Under the pieces are notes generated by a model that ran no database searches, was not told where the DNA came from, and saw only the letters and a program-made list of their open reading frames with translations. DNA of 63,929 bases, counting the filler, from Choristocarpus tenellus KU-1152 (lineage: Eukaryota; Protista; Phaeophyceae), in the NCBI GenBank assembly GCA_964200185.2. It is 9 parts of 9 records of this genome, joined end to end, with 100 filler letters (N's around TTAATTAATTAA, not from the genome) between each part and the next. Parts side by side here need not be neighbours in the genome. Positions count along the whole stretch, not along the records: positions 36,218 to 42,315 come from CAXNAD020008941.1; positions 42,416 to 47,164 come from CAXNAD020013216.1; positions 47,265 to 55,503 come from CAXNAD020004946.1; 6 more parts are not named here. The stretch is one strand, 5' to 3'. Positions 39,819-52,400 of the stretch are shown here, in pieces (within the stretch, counting starts at the first letter, position 1; each line of letters starts with the position of its first letter). Made by a program: the position numbers and the translations under genes.

Positions 39819-40169
39819 TGTACAACAATGGACAGATATATATATATACATGACAAAAAATTTGATCTACTACATATTAGCAATACGTATATGCTTCAAT
39901 TGAACCATACTCAATAACGAGAAAATATACATCACATTAACACCTACACCAGGTCTGGTATTGCCAATTCAATGCAATATTTTGTTGAACGTAACTTTAG
40001 TGTACTTAACCTCAGATTTCCCCGTCCGGCATGATGGATGGTGCCAAGCACTTACTGATCATGTGAAACCTCCATTAAATCTCTTCAAATGCCAAGAGGG
40101 TTATAAATGAATATTGCAAAATATAAGAAAACGCTTTTGCAATCTTTTGTGCCCTTACCCAAAATTCAA

Positions 40170-40351
40170 AACCCAAAGTATCTGGGAGGGGGGGGGGGGG
40201 AGTCTACACCAGGGTGTCCATTTGACCCAAAATCAGGAAAAGTGCACTCACATTATCCATCCGACGTATGCAACCGATCAAACAAAAAAACGCGACAAGA
40301 AAAAATTGGTTCCAAATGGACAGCCGCCACCCCCCCCAGATACTATGAGCC
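40170..40351. mobile_element. MITE family B, full length
   Basis: aacccaaagtatctgggag ... ccccagatactatgagcc. Confidence 0.9.
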
Positions 40352-41011
40352 AAACACACAAAACATCTAACACAATCCTGCCAGTCGATTGGCCCTACAA
40401 TCAATAACTATTAAAAACCCAAATGGACCGAACTGTCGAAGACACACCAAGAAACAAATGTACTCTATCCTATCCTTAACTTGTTTAAACAAATGTACGT
40501 ATACACCCACAACGACACATAAGCATCCTACTGTCATTGATACTTCTATTGCCGAATTTTCACTTGCTCTCTAGGCAATTGCTTCCTACGAAAATCAAAG
40601 ATTGGCATGGATGTATACAAGTATCTCCTTCATGAGGACCTTCATGAGGACCCACAAGACTTGTTTTCATGGTAGCAAGGGCCCTTCTACTTACCGAGCA
40701 CAACAAAACAAAACAAATGCCCACCAGAAAATATCCTACAGCGAGCAGTCTTTGCTGATAAATACTTGGTGTGGTACTACGACAACCTGACTGTAGTGAT
40801 GATATATCAATATTATGTAAACTATCTCCAACTCTATATGACTGCAGAAAAAAATATAATAATCCAATCCTACTTTTGACTCCAAAATAATTTTGTATCG
40901 GATCATACATCATGTAGAACACTGGGGATTTGGTAAGCGACAGAAATACCCAAAGGCTATACTGAACGTTCAGCAGCGTTTAAGCAGGCTCAGGGTTAGC
41001 TCACTATAGTG

Positions 41012-41235
41012 TCATGACGAACTGCTCTCAGCACCATCTTGACGTTGTGTCTCTGCATCACCATTGTGTGCAACGAGCATGAAGCCTCCGAGGACCAGGG
41101 TTGCTCCACAGAGTGCCAGAGGGCTAGGGATTACACCGTGTAAGAATAGATCGGTGATGAAAGCTATTGGTACAGTGAGCGACAGCCCAACCGTAGCCAC
41201 AGTGGGTGTAGTGAGGACAACTGCTCGTGCCCACA
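41012..41235 (-). CDS. Terminal exon of an SLC35F5/THI74-like DMT (EamA-fold) transporter
   Basis: WARAVVLTTPTVATVGLSLTVPIAFITDLFLHG...LALCGATLVLGGFMLV matches the family C-terminal motif; acceptor cag| at 41236-41238, stop at 41012. Confidence 0.8.
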
Positions 41236-43348
41236 CTGCCAAAGTATCGTGTGGGTCGTTGCCATCCATGATGCAAATAAGTACAGTAGAGCATAAAGTA
41301 GAGGGGGAGGAGCCAGGTTAGGGAACAAGGTAGAGGAGGAAGGATCGTCATGGTCTCCTGCTGTTTCCAGCATGTTGATTTTCGATTCAATTAAGGAGTT
41401 CTTGGTGTTTGAAAAAATTGAGGTACAGCTGGAAAAAGATACGGATGGAAATAACACCAAAAAAAAAACTTGATAAAAAGATCTTCTAAGTTCTTCCAAA
41501 TAGTACAGAAGTTACCACACTTTTTATAGAAAGATTGACTGGAACTAACTAGAGGTCTAATTAATGTGTCAAACACGGGAAAAAACATGTTTTTTCACGG
41601 TCACGATTACGGCTGGGAAAATGTTGACAGTTAATCTATACCGCAACCTTTCCTTCAGAAATTTACACCTGGACTATTGGCAACCATGGAGATATTGGAA
41701 CAATGGGCAAAACTGTCAGCATTCCCCAACCAAACCATTATGACCTTGGGCACCATTCACTTCACCGTACCCTACCTTCCAGATACCACTATAATACAAC
41801 GACCATACAGTGTAGTTCCTTGAAAAAAAAAACGTGACCGCACCATACCTATACTGCGCAGGGGAACGAACACATACCACAACCATAGAGTCCAGTGGTA
41901 CACTGACTGACAAAAATAATAAATGTAAAAACGGAACTGCATATAGTATTGTAGCATGATAGTGGTGAATATCTAACCATCAAATTGTCACCATGGAACT
42001 ATTCCAATATAAATTATCAACAAAGCGCTATAACCCACCGTAGATTTTACAAGCATCAAAATACAAACATATTACGTATCATATATATATATAGAACAAC
42101 AAAATAATGCTTGATCCCCAACCCCTTCACAATTCCTACGCAATAGCTGAACGACTGGGGACATTTGAGAACCACCTTAGTTGCTGCGCACAACCATCTA
42201 AGAGTCACGCTGCCATCACTGACCATGCAAGAAACAGGTACTGTTACAGGCGAGTAGCGCGAGTATTTCTTCCCGCGCTTTGACTGGTGCGAGCAGTATA
42301 CGCACGTGGGGAACCNNNNNNNNNNNNNNNNNNNNNNNNNNNNNNNNNNNNNNNNNNNNTTAATTAATTAANNNNNNNNNNNNNNNNNNNNNNNNNNNNN
42401 NNNNNNNNNNNNNNNCTCCTTCCCCTCACCCCGCCCTTCCCTTTCCCCTTCCCCCCCCCTCCCCTCCCCCTCCCCTTCCCCCCTCCCCCCCCCCCCCCCC
42501 CCCCCCCCCTCCCTCAAATCTTGTACTATACCCCCCTCAGTGTCTTGTTTAGCAATATACCCTTTTTGTGCCATTTGTTAGGGTTAGGGTTAGAGACGGA
42601 TAGGGTGGTCAATAGCAGTGCACGTGCACAAACCGTGAGGGTTGTCACATGGACGTTTTGGAATCATAGAAACCCAATCTCAACAATAATAATACTAATT
42701 ATAGTAATAACAACAATAATAATAATATTAATAATAGTCGGTGTGATGATGGGGTGATGGGGTGAATAAGCCGTGAAAAAAAGATGTACCTTTTTTAAAC
42801 AGCAACATGAGGTTATTTTTCCTCACATCTGGAGTTCCAACTATTGCTGGTGGCGATGGGTATGAGATGCTCTCTATCACCAGTATCACCGAAACTGTCA
42901 TTTTATTTTATTTTATATTTTTATTTGTAGTCAATGTACGGCACTCGCTATGCCATTCGATCTTCTTGAAGTATCAAAATCCGAATAATAAAATAATTCA
43001 TATTTTTGAAAATGTTGGAAGGCGATAAAGAATCGTTGAAAGGGTATGACTATCCCACTACTGTGAAAGAAACCTATGGCGGGTATAGAGTATTGAATCC
43101 ATACAAGAGTATGTATGTGTGCATATTGATGGTGTACCCTATATCGTCATACAGGTCTGGCATATTCCCCCCCCATTATCTGGTTGGCAGAAAATTCTGT
43201 TATTTTTATTTTCTCAGAATCGATGCGACTGGAGATTTTTGTGTATGTTTTTTTACTTCCCCTAATGTCAATACTCTTTTCCTTGATGTTTACTCCATCT
43301 CTCCACCGTCCGTCGCCTCCGTGGTATTAACAACATCCTCCAAAACAG

Positions 43349-43465
43349 GTGAACGAGATCTACAGAGACTTGGCTACGTTGGTTGAGGGGCAGCAGGAAC
43401 AGGTGGAGCATATAGAGATCAATACGGAGGCTGCGCATGGACGGGCACAGCAGGGACTGGAGCAG
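43349..43465 (+). CDS. Syntaxin (Qa-SNARE, syntaxin-7/12/Pep12-like) SNARE-motif exon
   Basis: 117-nt phase-0 exon (aacag| ... |gtcagt) encoding VNEIYRDLATLVEGQQEQVEHIEINTEAAHGRAQQGLEQ; not in the supplied ORF track. Confidence 0.88.
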
Positions 43466-43489
43466 GTCAGTTCTTGGATTGGTGACACA

Positions 43490-43673
43490 GTCTAACGTCT
43501 AATGTCTAACGTCTAACGTCTAACGTCTAACGTCTAACGTCTAACGTCTAACGTCTAAGGTCTAAGGTCTAATGTCTAATGTCTACTGTCTAATGTCTAA
43601 CGTCTAATGTCTAGCGTCTAGCGTCTAATGTCTAACGTCTAACGTCTAGCGTCTAATGTCTAATGTCTACTGT
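43490..43673. repeat. 7-bp tandem array (gtctaac/gtctaat/gtctagc), about 26 units, just after the syntaxin donor
   Basis: Direct inspection. Confidence 0.95.
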
Positions 43674-44727
43674 CTGGTGTAGGTGTAGGTGTGTGTCGGT
43701 TGAACATGCCCTCCTTCCCAGAGTGAGGCCGACTCTTTGGTGTGGTGATGGATTGTCATGGCTTGTCTCTGTTGAACTTGCTGAGAGTGAGAGTAGCTGA
43801 GAGGTATAGAGGTATAGAGGTTAATGCAGGGTTTGGTTGGTCCTTTTGCATTTCCATCCTTTTTTTTTTTTACCATGTGTGGAATATGCCCCGTGTGATT
43901 GGCTGATTGATGATTGATTGATGATCGATGTAGAGATGAGTGTTTTGGTGAGTTGTCATTGATAGTCCTCCTTTCCATGTTCCTTTCCATGTACGAATGG
44001 ACACATCTTTCTGTTGTTTTTGGTGAGTTGTTGGTCAAGAGGGTGTAGTTTGGGCGTTTGTGTTGATTGTTGTGTTGATTCCGAGCTGGTCTGTGCTTTG
44101 TGAGAGGAGAGAAGTGATGAGGGAGGACCTCACATTAGTGTGTGCAGTGAGTGTAGTGTATGTAGTGTATTTTGTGTGTTTAGTGTGTTTAGGCCGGGGA
44201 TACTGTTTGGGTGAATGAATTACATAATACTATTGTTATTACTACTACTACTACTAATATTGTTGGTAATAATAATAGCTTTGGTCTGATTTCAGTGTGT
44301 GAAGTATGAGGGAAGAAGTAATAGTAATAATAATAATACTAATAGCACCCTTGCAAAAGCAAGGAGGAATGTTCCACTCTTGTTATAGGGGTCTTCAGAC
44401 TGGCTCTAGTGGTGCACATAATGGTAATGAAAGACAGGCATTATTTATTTCATATTAATATATATATATATTACGGCATCTCCGGAGAAGTGGATACTTT
44501 TTTTTCAGGAGCAGTTAACTCAACCAAAAGCCTTGCCCTGGTCTTGTCCAAAACCTGTACGAGATATAGATCCATTTTGACCAATAGTTCAGGTTCCCGT
44601 TTTGAAAGATGCACCCAAGATAAGTTTGGAGAAGACTGGAGGGGAATCTAAAAGGTGGCTTTGAGGGTCATGCTGCTGGCCTGCCAGTCAGTTCACCCGG
44701 GCAATCCTACCATAAGAAGTATATATA

Positions 44728-44948
44728 TAGTAGAAAGTGTTACGCAGTAGAAAATGTTACGTATTAGAAAGTGTTATGTAGTAGAAAGTGTTACGTAGTA
44801 AAAAGTGCTATGTAGTAGAAAGTGTTATGCAGTAAAAAGTGTTATGTAGTAGAAAGTGTTACGTCGTAAAAAGTGCTATGTAGTAGAAAGTGTTATGCAG
44901 TAGAAAGTGTTATGTAGTAAAAAGTGTTATGTAGTAGAAAGTGTTACA
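44728..44948. repeat. 17-bp minisatellite (gtagtagaaagtgttat), about 13 units
   Basis: Direct inspection. Confidence 0.95.
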
Positions 44949-45332
44949 TAGAGGTTTCACTTCCGGCATAGCTTTAACCTTAACTGTCAAATACCGTCCC
45001 TGATATGGATCAAGTGCTATGAATGGAGTTTGTGAACCACTGGTCGTGTTCCAACCTGGCTATGAGACCCGACCAAGGCCTGCTGTTAAGGTGTAATGCC
45101 AGAGTGGTTTCTGAAAGGTAGTATTTCACTTGGACTGGCCTGTAGGCTGGTCTTGTTAAATTCTACCAATCGCCTGGTTTAACCCTGTCAGAAGGTTTTC
45201 TATTGGTCTAAGCCCTTTCACAGTTTCGGTTCAGTGTAACGCCTATTCTCCTGTTTTTTTTTGTTTTTTTAGTATATTTGTATTTTTAAAGAGGAATAGG
45301 TAATGACTATGCGGTGTATAGTGTGCTAGGTA

Positions 45333-45406
45333 TGTATAGAAACAGTTACATTTGTATAGAAACAGTTACATTTGTATGGAAACAGTTACATTTGTATGGA
45401 AACAGT
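45333..45406. repeat. 20-bp tandem repeat (tgtat[a/g]gaaacagttacatt) x3.6
   Basis: Direct inspection. Confidence 0.9.
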
Positions 45407-46647
45407 CGATGTGAGTCAACCAATTTAAAATGATAGTGAATAGAACCATACTGCACAGTGGGACGTTTCCTATTGCTGAAAATGATGTAATTTTGACTAT
45501 TGTGTAGTGAAAAATCGGAGGTTGATGAAGCAACAGTATGCTATATTTGTTTACCCTTGTCAGTAGAATGATGTTCACATATACTGTCAGTGGTTTCATT
45601 CTTATTGTTAGTCGTTCAGTATCGCCGAATAAACTGAAACCTGTATTTTAAATGCCAAAGAGGGTTTAGTCAATTCAAATCAGAAAAAAATACCTTTGGA
45701 CTGAGTTCTTTTGCTTGTAGGGTAGGTGAGACCAAGGTACCCTTGATTAATGCTGACAGCAAGAAGCAATGGTCAATTGGTGACCTTAGACATCACCTAC
45801 CTAGCTAAGGCTTAATTAACACTGACTGAATTTTTGTATTTATTTATGTGGATGGAGCGTTTTTCGAATCATCATTAGAGTGTATCAATCAATTCGTGCT
45901 TGATTTTGATGAATCGGCATGAAAATTATCTTGAACTGTTGTTCTTTGAACTGTTGTTCTTTGAACTGGCCTTTGTGCTGGTATTCTGCTTCACATGTAT
46001 TCGAGTTCATTGGCAAAATTTCGGTTGGTCCTTTTGTAGCACCCTCCGCCGTCCAATCACAATAAGCAAAATCGCTCGCATTAGTTAAGTGTTCCGAGAA
46101 TAGTTGAACTCTTGCTCACATTAGATTGGCACCGCCCAACCTACTTCCAAAAGAAAACACTTCCATGATTCGGAAGTTATGGATGCAGCCATGCGATTTG
46201 TTAAAAAAAAGAAGTTATACTGATTCGTTTTGTACGGATTAGTTTGTTCTCTGGGTGTATTGGGAACCAAGTATTGAAGTAGGTGGTTGAAGCCCTCTAA
46301 CGCTTGCTCTTTTATGCCCATCACATGAGGTTAATTTTTTTAAAATTTAATGGAAGAGTTGTTGGGAGTGGCATCTTGGATGAAGATTTCTTGTGCAGTA
46401 CATGGCTTATTTCGGTTTATTTTCAAATTTTCTCATTTTTTTTTTTGTCTTCTCTAATTGGTTCTCTATCGCTGAGGACTTGAACTCTACTTGGATTTTC
46501 CTTTATGGGCTTCAAAAACACATCCTTGGACGATCGACCTAATCAGCTGAAACGTTTTTTGGGGCACGCCTGTGTGTATGTATGCAAGTGGTAAAAACAT
46601 ACAGGTTAAGAGTCTATTGCTGCGATTAGTCCCATCTTTGGCAGATA

Positions 46648-46686
<39 letters not shown>

Positions 46687-47115
46687 ACCAATTGTTCTGA
46701 ATTCAATGCCACCCTACCACCTCGCCCGTGATCTTTGCAGGTACAAAAGGCTAACCAGTACCAACCATCTTGTGCTGTTTCATGAGACTGTTGAATCGCT
46801 GGCGCCGGAGGATGTTCTTTGTGGTTCTACCTCTTTTAGTTGTGGACCAATAAGGTCCACCCCCCATTGTCTCCTCTACTGGGCACTCAATAGAGGGAGT
46901 TGTCGTTTTATTGTTTTGTTCAAGGGGGAAAGGCTAGACGGTTCTGTAGTAGACACTGGCTTGTGTGCCAACCCTAAACATTGTTGTAATGTTGTAACGA
47001 TGTAACCACTTGATGACATTGTAACCTGGGACAGATCGCTCACACGCCTCTGTGGAAGGGGCGTTTTTCAGACCAAGGGAAAAGCCCTCCTCCCCCAATT
47101 AGCAGTTGCCGCCTT

Positions 47116-47148
<33 letters not shown>

Positions 47149-47330
47149 TCCCCTCCCCTCTTTTNNNNNNNNNNNNNNNNNNNNNNNNNNNNNNNNNNNN
47201 NNNNNNNNTTAATTAATTAANNNNNNNNNNNNNNNNNNNNNNNNNNNNNNNNNNNNNNNNNNNNCGTTGTAATTCCCACCTTCAACCTCCTGATGCATCC
47301 CCCTGCAGCAAACAAACCCTTGAAATGGGT

Positions 47331-47764
47331 GAGTCAAAGCATCTTAGAGGGTAGAGTCACGTCCATTAGGGGTCCAAATCCAATTTTGCGATTTTGACGC
47401 AATTATGGGCCAAAAGTATCCAGGGTGTCCATTTGGGTCAAAATCAGGAAAATTGCATTTCCATTATCCATCCGACATATGCAACCAAATCACCCCAAAA
47501 TCGGGGCATTAAAAAATTGACCCCATATGGACAGCTGCCACCCCCCCAGATACTTTGAGCCTATGGCTATCGTGTTTGTTAGGAAGTCTCAATATCCTTA
47601 TTCCGAACACACCTTTTCACATTATACCTACTCCAAAACGCATACATTTTACCTACTCCGAAACGTTTTCGGAGTAGATAAATGTCATTAAATACCCTTG
47701 GGAAGCCAAGCCCCAAATGGACAAACAGGGCAAAACTCCTACCCTCTAACAAATGCCTTGGCTC
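47331..47764. mobile_element. Nested MITEs: family B (47408-47561, TSD tatg) inserted into family A
   Basis: The A interior aatt(a/t)tggctatcgtg is split as aat-tatg[B]tatg-gctatcgtg; perfect 4-bp TSD at 47404-47407 and 47562-47565. Confidence 0.92.
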
Positions 47765-48331
47765 AGCCTAGATGCCACTGATCTAGCAAGCATCAGTTGT
47801 TTCGATGTAGGTAAATTAAAATCAAATATGCTGCGTTGATATTAAGCACTTTAGAAGTGACAAATCTATTTTGAGATTCCTTAATTTCAACAGTCTACAC
47901 CAGGAAGGTTATGTACGCAAAATTGTGGAAGGTACAGCATAAAGAACTCATATTTGTGCGTTGGAATACATTTTACAGCCTATGTGTACAGATATAGCTC
48001 ACTTCAAACATAAAGAGGGACGTGGTCAAGGTTGGGTGACATGATTCTGTTGTCTCGCAGAACACTCAGGTTTTTGAAATGTTTTAACTCTGAATATATG
48101 ACATCCTGTTGTGTAGAGGTACACTTACTGCAGAGCGAACTCGAGGTCTAAGTGGGGCCAAAGACAACCAGAGAAAAAGTAATAATGAACGTATGAGAAA
48201 CAACTGATGGTTGTGATGTGACTTTCAAAATAAAGAAACAAACTTGAATCGATATCTGCGATAACTCGTATGGAATATATACTATGTTTGTATGTTTGAC
48301 ACAGATGTCGACTGTTCCATACTTGCTATTT

Positions 48332-48650
48332 GCACTGAAACACGCAAATTTCAAAACCACTACTACACTAACGTCCCTCATACTACACGCAGGAAAGCAA
48401 GGACGAAAGAATCTCGACACAAAATCTACATACACACTGCAAAGCATGGACACACAAAATGATCATAGACACAAACAAACAAGTACACACACACACACAC
48501 GCGCGCACGGGCGCGCGCGCACTTGCACTGAAACACACAAAATTCACAACCATTACGACACTAACGTTCCCCAAACCAGACGCAGGGAGGCAAGAACAAG
48601 AATATTTAGACAAAAAAAGTACGTACACACTGTACAACATGGACACAAAA
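48332..48650. repeat. Diverged ~125-bp direct repeat pair (48332-48459 and 48525-48650) around a CA/GC microsatellite
   Basis: gcactgaaacac.caaa.ttca.aacca.tac.acactaacgt ... cacactg.a.a.catggacaca in both copies. Confidence 0.8.
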
Positions 48651-49476
48651 GGAAAGATTTGACCATTGATGCGACATTAGATTTGAGCTAAAGCGATGAG
48701 AGGGGAGGATTGTCGTGACCATTTTTTTTATCAAGGTTGGGATTGTGGATGATCTCTTCCTGGACTCAGCAAGGGATTGGTTACGTGCTATATTTCAAGG
48801 CTGTTGGTGCACGATGCAATGTAGTCTCACCAATACCACCATCACTGTGGATTATTTTCTTCCCGTTTCTTTCCTTTTTATATATCTTCTTTCATCACAT
48901 TTCCCATTTTTTAATATCTACAAATTGTATTGGCTTGTGTAGACTGCATTTTTCTACCATTGTGGACCATGCATCAGACAGGAGGATCGGCGGATGTTCC
49001 TGCATCTGTGCATATTATGCAGACAGACGGACAGTATGATAATAGAAACATGCAGGTTTGGAGGACTATTGGGAGTTATATATTTGCACCACGCAACGTC
49101 AAATCTGGTTACAAAAAACACCATCACAGAGTGGGAAAAGTACACACACTAGCACAACATGGTCCCCTCCATTGGTCTTCAATGTTAACAGAGCGCACGT
49201 ACACACACACACATACACACAACACGGCACCAGGTTTGGGCTCATTTCAACAAGCTCCCCCACCATACACAAACTGCACCATGCATCAGGAAATTCCACT
49301 CTTGTTCCCTCCCACAGAACTGAATGACCCTAAGCATTGATTCCTAGGAGATCTCACTCTGGTTTTCAACTAACCACTCTGATTTCAGAAGATGCTGCAT
49401 TGTGTATGTTATCAGGTATGTGTATCAACAACTGACGAGAGTCACTCAAGGTAGAACCTGTGTGTCGTTCGAATAA

Positions 49477-52400
49477 TCAGAATCCTTCGAATTTCCATAG
49501 GTCATAACCATCTTCTCGGTGTAAGCCATACGGTATGACAATGACCAAAGCGAAAAATATCATCATGAACAGTCCACACAAAACAATTGCTGTAACAATA
49601 CTACTAAGCACATACTACTAATTCTTCTATGGAGAGGAATAAATAGAGATACCTCTTGTTTAAGCTGGAGTTAACTTTTGCGCCGAGAAGGATATTGAAA
49701 TGACGATGTCCCAGAGTTGTAAATGGACATTTTCTGCAGGCACAATCACCTCACTTCAACATTATACTTCAAGTACAATAACATCAACATCACCACCGAC
49801 AGACCTGAAACACGAAACAACCAACAAGCACTCATCCTGCATCACATCCCCGGCACATCTCAGCCTTGCGGACACACAGAGTACATTATATTATTCTTTA
49901 AAGCAACTGTAATAGCTCTCATCATCATGTCCTAGCACAAGAGGTTTGCATATTGGAATGCTATATCGCACCTAGCTGTAAACCTTGGACAGGTCGTCAG
50001 GCTAGAACCTGTGCGAATGCTCCCTGTGGGGAAGTCATTTTTGATCAGACTCAAAGTATCTGGAGGGTGGTGGCAGCTGTCCATTTGGGGTCCATTTTTT
50101 CATATCACCATTTTTGGGTGATTTGGTTGCATACGCCGGATGGATAATGCAAGTGCACGTTTCTTGGTTTAGGCTCAAATGGACACCCTGGTGTAGACCC
50201 CAAACCCCCCCCCAGATACTTTAGGTCGTCAGTGTAACAAACTGTTGCTGAAAACGCGACAATGATCAGATTCTGTGTTGACAAGACGGAATGAATGCAC
50301 TGTCCTCTGCAGGTGTGAGTAATACTTATTGAATATTATATACTCCTTGGTATATTGAGTAAGCAATTTTCGTCCATAAAATGCAGCTCTCAGTGTCTTC
50401 ACGGGCACAATAAGGAGTTGTGTTGTCCAGGATGTTGAACGCAAATTATGAGGTCACAATAAATCTTCTGTCGTCAGGTAGCACGTCATGTCCTACTTTA
50501 ATACTGTTGTTGTTGAAGGAGTTCAACAACTTACACCTTCAACAAACAAGACGACTTTGAGAAGATTGGGATCACAGTTGGGGGATGGAATACGAGGAAA
50601 GGCAACAAATCAACCCAGGTCATCATATGGGGGTGTGGTTGATGGAACGAAGACCTATATTATTGGCAACAAGTGGCATGCCAGAAAAAGTGCAATAACT
50701 GGCATACATAACACTAAAGTAGAAGCTGACTTAGGCAGCCCAGGCATATTAGGGCACATGCACACGCTCACCTCTGCCTGCTGCATTTTACTTTTCTCAT
50801 TGTCTCTTTCCCTTTGGGGTCGATTTTTCTAATGTATCGCTCTTTCTTGCCTCCTGTGATACATGATGGGTGGTGTATAGATTTGACGGACCATGGTGTG
50901 ACACTGATTTTTCTTTTTCTTATTCACATTCCTCCCATAGGACCTGACAATACAAACGATGTCCTCTCCAGTCCCAGAATAAGGTGCAGCAGACGATAAC
51001 AAAGTCACATACTAGTGCAACAAAGTAGGAGAGAGGTACCCAGGGTTGTATCTTAAGGATGCTGATAAATATGTGGAAATTTCTTCTTTTTGTACAACTT
51101 CTTACAGGGAAGGTTCTGCATTTTGTTGAAATGTTCTTAAATAGTAGAGAAATCAACACTCTCAAATCATAGTACTTCACCCCTAGAAATATGGATGAAT
51201 TATGTACGATGAAGAAACTGGCTTAAAATGCAAAACAGCTAAAACCTGAGTACCTCTCGTTTACTTCAACTCAGTGGATAACAATATCACATATATATTG
51301 TCAGGCACAGGTCTCTTTTTTGGGATCTCCGACACATACACACTTCTGGATAAGACACGTGGTCATATAGATTTGTGCGCGCCAATCACGTCATTTGAAC
51401 TCACCCATACCGACCAGTCCAATAGTCCAACCACACTCATAAGATTCGGATTTGATCAAACAGCCAATATAACCTGTGAGAACGAAGATCCATTCCGATT
51501 CTGACTGATCCATTTCTCTTCTGTGACGTTGCTCAGTCCTTCGGGAACATCTGTTGTGTCTTGAGGTTTTTGTTCTGTTCTGGATTCCCTCAACTCTTCT
51601 GAGATGTTGGGCCAAGACCTTTGATACTTGGTCTCACCCTCTGAGGTGGAAGAGTTCACTCCGGTGATTGTGATTGCCNNNNNNNNNNCCCTTGAGCAGA
51701 GAACTTGGCACCTTTGACACTTCCATGCCATATATATAGAAAATGTTCGTAAGGAAAGAAAATAATTGCACTATATATATATATATGGGTAGCAATATAT
51801 GTTGAAGGAAATGTATGTGGCAGAGATAAAAAGGTATTATCGGTATAAAAAACTAAATCAGGAGCTATCTCCTAGTTAATAGCTACCCAAGCAAATATTG
51901 CTCGGTTTAGATCAAACATAACCAGAAATTGTGGTCCCACCTTCCACATGGAATAGGATACGTCGCATCTAATAGGGCACAAATCAGACACCACCAAAAA
52001 CCTATTTCTTCTTCTCACAATACGTCATCATCCCGTAAACACCCGCAATATTAGAGAAGAGTCCCGAAATAGCACTGATAAGACCAATAGCCCAATTTGC
52101 AAGGACCTCGCCGCTGTTGACATTATCTTCAACAACGTTTCCATCACCACATATCACCATAGCTTGAATTGGTATGCCCATCAGGTATGGGTTGGTAGAA
52201 GCAAGGGGAATAAAGCACAAAAGGAAGGCATCAGCGTGAGGTATAGAGCGTAGCGGAGAGTTAAGAGTAGATGTTGATAACAGGCATCCACGAACAAATA
52301 CCATAGATCAATGGACAGGTGTTCATCCAGCAATGTCCTGGCTTGAAAGCCGGATGAAGTAAACCACTTTGAGAGTGCCCTGCTATGCAGCACACGCTAC

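Noticed and set aside
20772-43465. Functional cluster of remodeler, PRS, kinesin, transporter and syntaxin
   Set aside because: Each lies on a different contig separated by artificial spacers.
44728-44948. CRISPR-like array (also 20376-20519, 43490-43673, 38830-38942)
   Set aside because: Head-to-tail units without unique spacers, no cas genes, eukaryotic context.
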